Below, piece after piece: positions 22,555 through 36,087 of a DNA stretch of 64,000 nt; the first letter of the stretch is position 1; each line of letters opens with the position of its first letter. The translations under genes were made by a program, and so were the position numbers. This stretch comes from Lepidodermella squamata (taxonomy: Eukaryota; Animalia; Gastrotricha), in the NCBI GenBank assembly GCA_047495785.1, contig JBLDXI010000001.1, forward strand, positions 1,426,001 through 1,490,000, written 5' to 3'. Below the pieces are notes generated by a model. That model was given only the letters and a program-made list of their open reading frames with translations. It was not told where the DNA came from and ran no database searches.

Positions 22555-25500
22555 CTATTTGTTTTTGCCGTCATGCATATTTTCCTGGGAGTTGACTCGT
22601 TGAATCGACCCGGCGCCTTGGTTCACAAGTTTTGGCCGCGTATTTTGGCGTTGCAGTTTGTGGTTCACTTTTGAGCCTATCGCATAGTCATCGTTTACGT
22701 TTGTATCAACGTGTTCCCGGTGGCGAGCTCGCAAGGACGTTACAGACGCTGAAAGCGAATTTGCAGCCCGCGGCGATGGCTCAGTCGCTGCATTCCTCCG
22801 GCAGCCTGCTGCCGCTAATTTGAACAACGCGTCTACCGGGAAGAATATTATCAGTTGGTACCACAGGAATTGGCCACAGCCCACGCCCAAGCAGATGAGC
22901 CATTGTTGCCACGTGAGCGGCACTGTCATGAATACATCGCCGGCTACCTGGATAATGACCACATGGAGGCCGAATTCAATCGCCCAGATAATGATGAAAT
23001 AGATGTTTTTATGCAAACTGGCGAAAATCCATCGCTCGCCATGAAGGCCTCGAGCGTTGAATTGATTCGCCAGCGTCATCATGACGAAAACGTTGAAAAT
23101 GATTGTGAAATGCACATTAGGACATTCAGCATCTTTGTCACTCATGTTATCAACCGGCGATCTGCATTGGCCGGTCGCTGTCTGGAACTTGGCTTCAGGG
23201 CATTGCATGGCGACATCAAAAGTGAAGATATCATTGCCAGCGTAAAGGAAAGTGAAAAGAACGATGAGCTGATAAATAGAGCTGCCCAGGATGAAACGCC
23301 ACATCATTGGTGAGACAACAGGCGAATCTCGTTGATGCGGAGGTCTTTGCAGTAGCTGTTCCGTCGGGGCGTCAGTGGCAAGAGCTAGCGAGGCCAATGT
23401 ATCCATGATCAAGTTAACCCACAGCATTTGAATAGCTTTCAACGGGCTATGTTTGATAAGAACAGCTCCAAGGAAGGCCAGCAATACTGCTACAACGTTG
23501 ACAGTCATCTGGAACTGGATGAATTTGCAAACACTGTCATATACGTTACGACCCCACATCACAGCCTTGACAATGCTTGAGAAGTTGTCGTCAGTTATGA
23601 TAATATCGCAGGCTTCTTTCGCAACATCAGTGCCAGCAATACCCATGGCGAAACCAACATCCGCCCGCTTCAAGGCAGGGGCATCGTTTGTGCCATCACC
23701 AGTGACAGCCACGACCTCGCGAGCAGTGCCAACGCGGCTGTTGATGATACCATTTACCAGGGTGTACTTGTCAGTGGGGCTAGAACGAGCCAGCACCCGC
23801 AGATTCGGCCAAATTTTGTCGAATTTCGCCTGGTCACATTTGTCATCTACCATAACCATCTGGTTAAACTGACGGCCCTCAATGATAAGAGCATTTTTAT
23901 CTCCAGGGACCAAAATACCACACTTTTGGGCAATCGAGCGAGCTGTGTTGATGTTATCTCCAGTGACCATTCTAACAGTAATACCAGCCGTACGGCACAA
24001 ACGGATGGCTTCAGGTACTTCAGGTCGGACGGGATCTTCAATACCACAAATACTGATAAGGGTCAGGTCTTTTAGAAGTTCCTCATCATTGTTCCAATTA
24101 GGATCTGCGCTGAATTTGCGGAAGGCTACGACTAAAGTTCGCAGACCATCACTTGCCATGCCTTCGATGGTGGCTTCCATGTCCTGACGCATTTCGCCCG
24201 GAATCGGCTTGGAAGCGCCTTGCACATCCACGAATTGAGTGCATCGCTCAAGCAGACGCTCGGAGGCGCCCTTGACATAGAAGTAGATGCCATCGTTCTT
24301 CTTCAAGCACGTGGCCATGAACTTTCGAGCTGAATTGAAAGTGAACAGCTTGTAGAATGCTGACTCAGGATTCTTCTGGCGGACTTCTTCAGGCTTAACC
24401 CCGAACCGCATGAGGTAATAGAGAAGCGCACACTCCGTTTTGTTGCCATTTTGAATCGGCAGACCAGTCGGTGTTGACGGAGCTTGCACGATAGATGTGT
24501 AGCCGGTGTTGACAGCAATGCCCTCAGAGAGCAATTCAATCATGACGGGGCTGCAATCAGCTTTTGTCGGATGTTGGTTGACTACTCGGAATGACTTTGT
24601 ATCGGCTTGAACTGAACCCGAGCCGTGTTCCCATAAGGTACCACCTAAGAAACTACGAACGCATGTCATGCGGTTGGTGGTCAGGGTTCCTGTTTTATCT
24701 GAGCAAATCGTTGTAGCGCTGCCCATGGTTTCAGTCGAATCAATATGCCGCACCATGTTGTTGTCTGCTAACATCTTTCGCACAGAAAAGGCCAGTGCCA
24801 AAGTGACGGCAAGTGGCAAACCCTCTGGAATGGCAACGACGAGTACTGTGATACCGACGATCAAGTATTTGATCATGTAAAGCCAGTAAGCATGGCTCCA
24901 GCCTTTCTTTGGCAGTCGATCAGCCAAGAAACGGATGATGAGAATGACGGCAGTAGCAATACCAAAGGCCATACCAATTTTACCAATCAACTCGGCAAGG
25001 TCTGTCAGTTTCTCTTGCAGAATCGAACGATGCTTTGACGGGGTTTTCTCCTTCTTTCCAGCCTTTCCCTCTTCAGCCGCTCCAGAACCGTCCGTTCCAG
25101 CGCTGTTAGGTTTGGCCTCACTCTTATCGTCATCGTCTTTCTCTTCATCGGCACCAGCCATAAGAGTGAAAATGATACCGGCCTGTGAATTGGGACCGAC
25201 GGCAGCAACTAGCATTCGGCCACTGCCCTCAACAACGTGCGTGCCAGAGAGCATGAAAGGATCGCCTGTGACTGACTTGGCAACCTGGTCGGACTCGCCA
25301 GTGAGCGAAGATTCGTCCGTTCTCAAGTCAGCTGCTGTTATCAAGATGCCGTCAGCTGGTAACAAATCGCCGTATTTTACCATTGCCACGTCGCCAACGA
25401 CCAATTCAGCGACAGGTATCGATGTGACCTGGCCGTTTCTTATCACGTTGGCCATGTGTGCGGAATTAATTTTATTCTGCAACTTTCGGAACTCTCGCTC

Positions 25501-26186
25501 CTTACTGTAGTCCATGCCTGAACCGATGAAAACGACAAGAACTACAGCGAAGAGAATAGTGACACTCTCAAGCCATTCCAAATGATGGCCGCAGCCACTA
25601 GTACTCGTCGATGTTGTCACATTAGGTGCAATTGTGGAATACAAAGGACTGCCACTAGCAACTGGCCCTGCTTTTGTTACATTCTGGGATGATGCATCAT
25701 CGTCGTCCTCGGCGGGGAATTGAATAAAGGAGATGCCGAGGGAGACGACGGCTGCAACTGTTAGAATAATCAGCAGTGGATCTTGAATGGCGTCGAGGAC
25801 GAATCTCCAAAATGGTTTCGATTTCTTAGGAGGGATAGAGTTGACGCCGAAAACTCGCCGCCGTTTTTCAAGCTCTTCATGCCCCTCAGAAAGACCCTGA
25901 AATGGAATCAACTTAGGAATCGGTACTTGCGAGTAAAGTAAATTATTACCGATTCGACGTTAGATTTGACTAAACTGGCAAGGTTATTTATGTTCTGGTA
26001 CCGATTTTGGAGCTCTGTTTGGGCTTCGTGGCCACGGAACTCCATGAGCGTGCGAAGTTCGCGAAGTGTTGTGCCGTAGTACTTGGCCTCCGCCGGGTCG
26101 ACAGCAGTGTTGATGACCACATCTTTGCCTTTGCTTTTTCCACTCTGCTGGCGTCCGGAACTTGAGTTCGACCCATTGGCAATCAT
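22555..26186 (-). CDS. PMCA: Plasma-membrane-type Ca2+-transporting P2B ATPase, paralog 1
   Basis: [63 protein letters not shown]; single coding intron 25897-25949. Confidence 0.95.
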
Positions 26187-29100
26187 CACCTCGCTTAAAC
26201 TAGACAAAGAAAAACAATTGAAGCGATTAGTTCTAGAATCCAACTGCTAATTAGGTTAAAATTAAACAGATTGTCTCACAAAGCAGTTGAGTATAAATTA
26301 TCGAAAATGTCTCATTAATGGGGATGGTATCGAGGGTCATTGACGCTATGTTGTTATAATCGATACTTTGTGAGGTGTTATTTTGAACGGAAGATAGCGT
26401 CGAGTGTCATGATTAGAAAAAACACGAATTTAATGATGATTACTCACAAGAAGAGGTAATATTATATTGATTAGCGGCAGCAAGCGCAAGCGGCAAAAAA
26501 CAGCGACATTTCTCCCGCGCATCATCGCCATCGCGCGCAGTGATTATTCGAGAGTGAGGCGCTGCGCTTCCGCGTCTCATCACTTGGCGGAGATCACGCG
26601 CGCGTCAGGAAACGCATGCGCACAGAGATTGAAAAAAAGAATGCTACTTAATGCGATGGTGCTAATGATTTTTAATCTCCAGCACGTTGTTTTTTTCGCT
26701 GCTGCTAGCCGCCGTCGTGTAAGAAGACACCCTATACCTCGACATCAGCTCTTGATGATTAGCCGTAAGCGTTAATGCAGGCAAGGTGGGAAAAAAACGA
26801 CACTCAATCGTGATTGTACCTGCGTTACAGTTAAAAGTCTCGGCAAGGGACAAGGCCAAATTGTTAGAGTATTTTATCATGAAGCGTGATTGTTAGCAGC
26901 TTGGTTAGCGGTTAAAGAATGAACTTGACTGGAAAATTACCCTTGCTCATCATTTGCAGGTTCGACGCGGTTGGTATTGGTACTAAGTTCCTTTTTCTTC
27001 CCCTTCGACGCCATTGTAAGATCAAGGGGTCAAGGCACACTATAGCGTAAATTGGTAGCAAATTAAATCTTAGAAAATAGCGAAAAATTGGCTAATACGA
27101 TGGGCTAAAAACCAAAGAAGCAACCGTGAAGTCTTCCTTAGAACGCATTGAGAATAGGAAATAAAGCCATGAACTTGACTAGAGATAAAATTTGAGGTGG
27201 ATCGTACGTTTCGCAGATAAATGGAAAGGCTTAATTCGCTAAGTGGACCGCAAAAAAGCGGTATTTCAGATTGAGCTCATATTCCTATATGTCACGGTTG
27301 CTATAAAAATGAAGGTCCTACAAAACGTCAATCATTGAGGTGGTTTTCGAAGGCGGCTCATAGAAGCAAAAAATAGTTGCCAGGGTTGCATGTATTCGCG
27401 TGCTTAAATAAAGTCATTTAATGCAGCATCACACTGCTCGTTTTTTGAAAGAAGCAAAGCGATTGAATAGCTATATGATATCATATAATATGAGACTAAA
27501 TGCGTATTCAAATCTTGGGGATTACAGCGCGGATCGAAAAGATGCGCTCGGAAAGCGGCGGCGATGTGGCGCGCGAAAAAAGTGCCCTCGTGGCGCACGA
27601 CGACACAGGTGCGTATAATATGAATTTTCGCTAATGCAAAAGGTATCTTTTTTCAGCGCAGCGGCGTCAAAAGAGCGCGAGCCCAGACGGTCGCTCGATA
27701 CATACGAAACTGAATAAGAATTAGAAAAAATAATAATAATTGATTAAACCTACAGTAATACTAGCCGCATAGCTGGCGAAATCTTCTAATAGCTAGAAAA
27801 TACAGCAATGTTTTCGGATGCGACGCGCGCAATTTTTTGCGAGCGCACTTGCGGATTTTTTGACAAAACAGCATGATTGCGCGAAGCGACGCTGCGCTTC
27901 AAGAGACGTCTCGTTTTAAGCATTATTAAACTTTAAACCTAGACTCGAGATGGATAGATAGCGACCTGGGCGAGTAGAAAGAATAATATTATTACTTTTC
28001 GAAGCGATTCGCATACAAAAATGATGCGTTTCCTTTCTGAACACAAAATGCTCAGACCGTATTTAATAGTATAATGCGTCCAAATATCGACGTTTTTTCA
28101 GCCCGTTGCGAAAGAGATAGCGCGGGAGCCGTGCGGCAGGTGGAGTGAATATTGATTGGGGCGACGCAACTTCGAACACATCACTAATAGCAACAGGTCG
28201 ATTTGTTGTTGTTATTACGAAATAACTTTATTATTAATACGCCTGCCCAGCAACTGAAGCCTAAGCCGATTTTCTCCCACTGCCGCACACGGCAACGTGC
28301 CATGGTGAAGGGGGATTTTTTACGAAGTCAAAGAGACAATGCACGCGCGATGAGTTGAACTCGATCGATGCTTGCCTATCTATCAAACACCCTGGATGTA
28401 TTTTAAGACGATCCGTCGTTCTCTAGGCAACCGCTGCTAAGCTAATGACGATGACAAAAACACGGTGCATTTAACGAAAATTACAGCTATTAGGTGAACT
28501 TGCTAGAACTTTCATAGCTATGAATGTATGTATCACGATCTATTACTATGACCGCGTGCTAAATTGGAGTGAAAACACCTATTGTTAAAAATGAATTTCC
28601 GCGCGCAACTTCCCGAACACGAGCAAAGAACCGGATTTACGTTTGCTTTCACATTTTTCTATCGCAATCTCTTGAAAACTACGGCCAAGTTCACACGTGT
28701 ATTTTAAGAAATATTGAACACATCGATTCGTATTAGCCGTTCACTCGCGGCTTTTTTTACCTTCTTATGCTATTGCTGGCCTGTGACGAATCATTATTCG
28801 AATTCACGTGCAGATACATAATATCGCCGGCTGTTCAGTCTTGCCAAACTTAGCGTACTTCTTTTCATTAAAACAAATTCGCATAAAAAAATGGAAATAG
28901 CGGTGATTCAATTATTAATGGTTGCTAAGCATCTGGAAGGAAACGTGAAAATACAGAAAAGGCGCCGGTAAGAACCGTCCCACCCGGGCCTTATGTCCCG
29001 TTTTGTAGGACTTTAACATGAATGAAATAAACTGGTTGCCTAACAACAAGCTCTCGCTATATAGTGTGAAAAAGGCTCTTTCTACGTCATAAAAATATGA

Positions 29101-30817
29101 GCTATTTAGTGAAAATCTCTGAGAACAAAATGTAAATGATCGAAAGTTAAAAGCATAAAGGGTGACAGGTGTTAAGCGGAAGAGAGGCGCCCGGTGAAAT
29201 TTGCAAGTTTTTATCCTAAAAAAAATAGCGAAGATATATTCCACCGCAATTATATCGTGTGTGCTATTAGCTTGATAACTTATAAATCTAGACAGCAACA
29301 ACAGTACTCGTATTAATGATGTTGTAATTCGGAATGATGCGCGAAGCACGTGCATTAAAATGTTTCGTTCAGAGACGCTCTCTGAGATCGATGATGTGTG
29401 AAGTTGCTCAATTTTTTTTTACGTGTCGTTCAGATTTACCTTGCTACTGATTGTCTATTAGCCGCCATGACGCAGTTGACGCGGTGTCAAGTTGCTACAT
29501 CATCATCGTGTCACGGATCAAATTACACAAAAAAATATTCGCGCATGTTTTTCCTTACGAGATTTCGAAGGGTTAGTTGAGAAGCGTGTGAGGTGATCTA
29601 GGGTCTGCGAGCGGCTCGCTTCAAGATTTTATCTTGATTAGCCGACGCAACAGGAAGTTGAAAAAGAAAAAACAATGAGCTATATGAATCATCATTTCTC
29701 TGAGAGAAATAGACAGACATTCCGAGGTCAATGTCACGGTTTAATTTTCAATTTTTACCTTCGCTCTGATATACTGGTTGTGCTTGTTGCTGCAGAGGAA
29801 ACACTGGTAGTGCGAGTAGTTCGTTCGGGAAGCTGGAGGTAATCCTTATCTTCACCGATCATATCTCATTTGCGGTTATCAAAATTAATTAATTAATAAC
29901 CACTAATTAACCAATAAACCAGTTAAAATTCAAGAAGATTCTTTTATCCGGACTATTTAGTCGGCAAGTGGGATGAAGTAATTCAGCGGATATATCCATC
30001 CAAAGCTAGTGAGAGTGTAGTTTGGCATATCGAGCTACAAACGCGTCATGCCGCGGAAGTACGACTAAGGCGAAAAGCACCTGCGCAATGAGTAAATAAA
30101 AATGTGCGGCATGCAGTTGAAATAGCGAATTCTCAATAAAAAAATCTTCAAACAATGTTTTAATGATGATGGCTCGTAGCGACACTAGAAGCTAATCCGA
30201 TGAGGGCGGTTCTTTCGTTCTTTTATTGTCGCGTTGTTAAGAAGAGGCCGCTTTTATGGCACTATAAGCTGCGCAGTGAGGACATGTACTATAATGCTTG
30301 AGTTGAGCTACACCAGCCGTAGCAGAGTCCCTCTTATATCGCCGAGCGGAAGGCTCACATACAGGGTTAAAAATGGAGGTTTTGTCGAGCAAACCACCTA
30401 TCGTCTGCAGCAGCTAAATTTTGCACCTTGGCAACAATTTGCGTCACTTCGATTTTAATTGCGAATTTCATTATTTATGAGCATTAGCGCAACATACATA
30501 ACGGCTTCGTGTATAAATTGTTTTCCGTTGATATTTCGCCGTGCTTTTCTGCGTTACTATGCTGTACCAACGATTTTCGCTCTGCGATTGCGCCGGTCAT
30601 GCGATCGAATTTTTTGCTAAAAATTGATCCTTGCCAGTGAATTTGATGCGAGCGTGGGGAAAGCCGGCGGGAGCCGAAGTGCATCAAACACCTGGGCACA
30701 CCGCAGCTCCCAACTTGATCGCCAAGATATAGATTTTTCGACTCGCATGAAATATATATGAGAGGAGCGCGCATTGACGTCATTCGCTCACAATAACCAT
30801 CGCGTGTATTTTTTATA

Positions 30818-31746
30818 CAGTATGGGGCATAAATATTGAGCCGACTTTATTTATTCACAGCGCAGTCATTCCGGCTCCGATTCTCACATATCTTATGCCG
30901 TTGGAAAGCCTATGAAAAATAGTTTATTCCCCTGAAATTTCGCTCAAGGGATCCGGACCGAATCCAAGTTGTAGCAAATTTAAGAAGTCGAGCTGGTTGC
31001 TCAAAAACACGTAAATTTATTGTATAACTAAGGGAGTTTTGAGCTCCATTGAGCTCTAAAAAGTCCCTATTTCAACTAGGCTAGCTATAAAATGACCCAG
31101 ATAGCCATGAATCTGCCGAAAAAGGTCATTTTTCGCGACATTTTGTGGCAGAAGAGACTTGCGCAAGCATGCTACGGATAACAAGCTTTAGCTTTTTCAC
31201 TTGCTTGCGAGCTTGCTACGTGTGTCCGTAGGCTTTATTTCATGCCAAAGTCGTCGCATTAACGTTTTGAAGCCGACTTGTAACCCGCTGAGTGAAAAAT
31301 GATCTATCTGCCCTTCATCTCTGGACTTGGGTCTCGCTTATCTGGCTAATATTGGGGGTGTGTGCCTATATGGTATACCTTCTCTTTATCGCATCATCGT
31401 GTCGCAATGGGGCATATATCTATGTCCCAAATCATTGCCAGAGATGCCTGGAGCATGCCGGGATAGTGACCTGTCAATTTTTTAGGGTTTGGAAGCGTCC
31501 AGAGTTTGCCTTCGATGTGTACGAAAACTAGAATTTAAATTTTTGAAAGATGGTGCTTTTTGTGCGATCAACACGGCTTCTTTAATTTGCTACAACTTGG
31601 ATTCGGTCCGGATCCCTTGAGCGAAATTTCAGGGGAATAAACTATTTTTCATAGGCTTTCCAACGGCATAAGATATGTGAGAATCGGAGCCGGAATGACT
31701 GCGCTGTGAATAAATAAAGTCGGCTCAATATTTATGCCCCATACTG
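30818..31746. mobile_element. Non-autonomous Tc1/mariner-type element with ~163-bp TIRs
   Basis: TA|CAGTATGGGGCATAAATATTGAG... (30818-30980) is the reverse complement of ~31584-31746; TA TSD; no transposase ORF. Confidence 0.92.
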
Positions 31747-32905
31747 TAGCTAATATGTACTATTCCTAACTGAAATCACGCGCAGCAAGAACTGTCGCAC
31801 TTGATCGACCTAAATCATCGGAATTTATCGTCTGGGACCGATATAAGCAAATTAATCCCTGCGAATGGTACCGCAGGGGATCCAATAAAAAATGATTACA
31901 GAATTGTTAACCTAAATAGACCTTATTGATATACAAAAAATAGAAAATATATGAACAGTTCTGATTATTTTGAAGTTCTGCGACTATAAATTGTGAAACA
32001 ACTCGAATCCAGGTAGAGCGTTATTATTTCGTTTTTTCCGCGTAATTAGGACTGCGAAGGGGATAAAAAGTGAGCTTACGAGCTCAATTCAATCGATAAA
32101 GACACCGCGCAAATACCAAAAGACTAGATTAAAGTCTTAAAAGACTAGATTAGATACAATATTTCTTTGAACGTGGGAATTCTTTTTAATAATTAGGTGA
32201 ATCACCTTCTTTACGAGAACAAGTGACATAAAAAAGCTATAGTACTGCATTGTTCTCAAATTTTACACCTGCAATCATGATTCAAGACTTCAGCTGCTGG
32301 ACACATGCTGACCTTAATTACTCGAATCCTCCTAATTAGCTGTCATGATTGCCGCGGATCGATTATGTGCTTGCATGCAGGTTATTGAGGATAGTATCCG
32401 CGAGGATTTGCTAAATGAATTTCGGATTGCATTTGGGACGGTCCAACACTGACCGTTGATCGCTATGACTAGTGCAGACTTCGAAGCACCTGCGTGATTG
32501 GAGCTTATTAAGACGCAGGGATCAATTAGCTGGATGATGATTGATGATTATGTCGGCTTGGAATTCGAGGTTAAATCAGATATTTTGGCTTTCTTGTTCA
32601 ACCTGAATTATCAAACTCTCAATTTTCATACACAGGTCTTCACGGTCTTCGAAGATAAAGCCACGGTGTTCGAAGTATGACAGAATTTGAAGAAAATATA
32701 CGCCTTACACCCCCTCACTTGTCGATGAAAGAAAGTATGAAGAACGCGTGGGACCATTGAAGAAGTGATGAATGAACCATCCCTATGCAACGCATTCTAA
32801 AAAGTATCAACGCACATCTTCTGCACTCCCGTCAATTGAAAAAAACGTTAAAATAATATGTGTACTATCATCACAACTGAAAACATAGTATAGCTAATCT
32901 GAAAA

Positions 32906-34721
32906 ATGAAGCGGAAAGACTTTGTCGCATTCCTCCGCATCCTCATACTCCATGTTTCCCTAAGCTCAGTCCGAGGTAGGTCCCCCAGCTCTGAGTCAAG
33001 TAGCTTGGTAACTAGATTTCAACAGGTGCCCAGCCGTCATTTTTAAATTTGGTTAATGGCACGAATACGTCTCCAGTTCGAGATGACGCTACGGTTTCAG
33101 CCAACATCTACACCGTACAGTGCACTGATCTTACTGCAGGCCTGCCTGTCAACTTCGTCATGGGAACTGTTCAGCCTTACAACCCAGTCTTTCAAATCAC
33201 TCCATTCTCAGGCGTGGTGTCTTACAACGTTTTGTTAGCCCAAGGCACCCCAATGTTTGACTACAATACCGCGCAGAATTACTATCTAACAATCATCTGC
33301 CAACAGTCGGGATTTTCAGTGTCTGGAACACTCACAATTCCTATTCAACAAATCTACAAAGCTCCGGTTTGGTATCAACCAGTGCTTACTTACAATACTG
33401 TCCCGGAAAACACCCTACTACCTTTGGTTGTTTTTACTAACTCAGCGTATGACGCGCAGGGCTTGAGCATCACGTACTCAGCCGATAGTGTTGGGACTTA
33501 CAAGAACGCAAATTTCCGAACTGACAATGCCGGTCGCGTCTATTTGATTCCTAATACCAACTTAAACGCGAGCTGGACCTCTGTGTACTACGTCAACGAG
33601 CTTGCTTATAATATCTACAAGACCAGCACGATTTCGCTGACAGTCAGTGTTGTCGGGGTTAACCACGCGCCTCGCTTCGTGAATTTGCCGACTTTAGCTC
33701 AGGTCAGCGAGCAAACAACTACGGCGACTCAGTTTTTCAAGCTTAACTGGCAAGATGAGGATGATCCATTCCTAACGGGAACCTACGGCTTCACCTTCAC
33801 CTCGAATCTATCTAGTGGCACTACAAAGTTTTCGATTGACAGTGTTGGAAGTAAGTTAAGAATATTGTTCAAAAGATAAGAAATTTATAGCATATTTGCT
33901 TTAAGATGTATGGACCCTACCCCAGCCGGCGTTTGACCCTTCAGTAAGTTTCCTGGTATAAGGTAGAATTTTATAGATGGATTGTTCAATTTTCAGTTTG
34001 AGCCTACTTTTGTCATGACAATTTATCTGACCGATGCGGGTAGTCCCCAGTTAACAACAACTGGGACCTTGACTATCAATATTGTACCCCAATCTACAAC
34101 TAAGCCGACGTCTACAACGGCGGCGGCTAATGCGGTAACGTCTACGTCTACAGCGACCACCACTTTAAATCAGGCCATCGATACAAATACGCGTAAGTTA
34201 AATGATAAAATCCTTACCTATAAATTCAGGTTGCTGCAGTAGTTGAAGTTTTGCAGTTAAGAATTTAAAGTTACAGCAGAATAGCTATTTTTTAGCCTTT
34301 CGCAGTGTGAAAAGCTTTGTAAAATAAGCGGTGTTAAAATCGATAGATTTACCTAGCAACGACGCTTGTAGTTAGGAAGTCAAGAAATGAGTATTATAAA
34401 TGCATCCAAGTGCGGATAAAAACAATCGTATGCGTTTCAGTTATTGGCATTGTTTGCGGCACTATCGGAGGCGTCCTCCTTATAGGCGGCATTATAGGCA
34501 TTTCTGTTTGGTGCATGCAATCCACTTCGAGGCAGGGCGGCCTAATTTATCAGACAGGCCCAATGATGGGCAACAACAACGTTGGACCGACTTATCAAGG
34601 CGATCCACGGCAAGTGGTCGTCCAAGGATTGAATAAGCAATTGGTAAGCAGTGAAAAAATGACCAAGAAAAATCACATCACTTCTATTTAACAGGCTCCC
34701 CCACCTCCTTATCGGCCTTGA
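32906..34721 (+). CDS. Cadherin-repeat-like single-pass membrane protein (~3 repeats), tail ending APPPPYRP*
   Basis: Signal exon 32906-32975; exons 33026-33850, 33906-33943, 33997-34192, 34441-34643, 34695-34721; motifs FDYNTAQNYYLTIIC, VPEN, VNHAPRF, DEDD, TDAGSP; TM IGIVCGTIGGVLLIGGIIGISVWCM. Confidence 0.83.
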
Positions 34722-35583
34722 TGATAAAACGAGAATTCGAAGTAAATGAGCCATGAGTTGTTTTCATAATATGACCAGCAATAAGAAATAAAAAGACATA
34801 AAAAATGGTTGACTCACTTTGCCAGGTTGATGATATTTGAATGTGTGAGGTACACACCTTCGGCGACGTTAGGGTGAATTATACTCGATTTCCGGCCTCG
34901 CAATAGCAATGAGAATGGTCTCATCCCTTCATTATTATCGATAAAATCAGCTGAAAAAAAATAGAAAATATCGGCGAATTATGCGCTTAGGCGGTCAAGT
35001 GGCAAAGTGTGTTTAGGGTGCGGATATTTTGTACCCAGCAATAAAAACGTGTCATTTGACCCCATGATAATGGACAGAATACAGGTGCATTGCTGAATTT
35101 TACGGACTGATAATTTTCTCAATGAAATTGTACGAGTTGTTTACGGCGATTTATGGGTAATAAATTGCTAATTAAGAATCATTCGCATGAAATGAATGGA
35201 CGGTTTAATAATGGAGCCGAAGCTATACTGATGTGAGGCCCTCTACAGAAGCTGGTCTCTCGTTTGCCAAAATGGATATCCTAATATACGGAGCATAGCC
35301 AGATTGCGGAATTCTTAATCATTTTATGTCAGAGCTTCAAAAAGGTGCGTTTGCTATGCCGGCAACTTGAAAGCCAGATTCCAGTTATCGTACGTATGAT
35401 AGCTGATAGCTGAAATTCGTTTTTTTAGGTTGAAAACTGCCTTTGGATTATTGGACTATGAAATTGAGAGCGGTGGGTCCTATTTATTGCTTGCTCATTT
35501 ATTTTTTGTATTAAAGTACAAAATTTCGAGTGAATAGTGAATAATAAAAACAGGTCAGATAAAAACTGGTTTTTTCGATTTTT

Positions 35584-35874
35584 CCACACCGCATGGGCAC
35601 ACAGTAGTTCAGCGGATAGCTGCTGTCTGCTGTGCATTGAGCGTCAAGATCGATAGGCACGAGTTCGATCCACACCCAGGTCAGCCGTGATCTATCAATG
35701 ACGTTCCATCGTGTTACAAAAGTGAAAAGTGGTAGATTAGGAGTGTCAGCGAAACTGCACTAATCGCTACCTAGCTGTCCCATTCAGGAGACCCAGCAAG
35801 CGACCCCTAAGAGCGCTCATTCGGGACCCATGGCCTCGGCCCATCAAGGAATTTTCGATTTTCGATTTTTTTTT
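35584..35874 (+). mobile_element. tRNA-derived SINE
   Basis: A box TAGTTCAGCGG (35605), B box GAGTTCGATCC (35661), TTTTCGA-repeat/T tail, TSD-like TTTTCGATTTTT on both sides. Confidence 0.6.
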
Positions 35875-35883
35875 CCTTTTTAT

Positions 35884-36087
35884 TGAAAACGCGAGTGCGT
35901 AAACCGTTTTCCCTTATTATCGTAGGTATGTTGACGTTTTGTTTCGTCTAAAACTATAAAAAGGCAACAATATACGAAGTAGTAAGATTCTTAATGTTTT
36001 AATGTCTGAAGTTCTGACGAAGTCGAAACGCCACAACTTACGAAAATAAAGGAAAACGGACAAAAGTTTTACGCACTCGTGTTTTCA
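35884..36087. repeat. Imperfect long inverted repeat (MITE-like hairpin)
   Basis: TGAAAACGCGAGTGCGTAAA..CCGTTTTCC versus GGAAAACGG..TTTACGCACTCGTGTTTTCA. Confidence 0.6.

Noticed and set aside
32280-32880. Small ORF with intron-like signals upstream of the cadherin-like gene
   Set aside because: Short, early stops, no recognisable homology
36008-36040. CTGACGA..GAAAC resembling a hammerhead ribozyme core
   Set aside because: No proper stem II/III or NUH cleavage site; the sequence is one arm of the 35884-36087 inverted repeat
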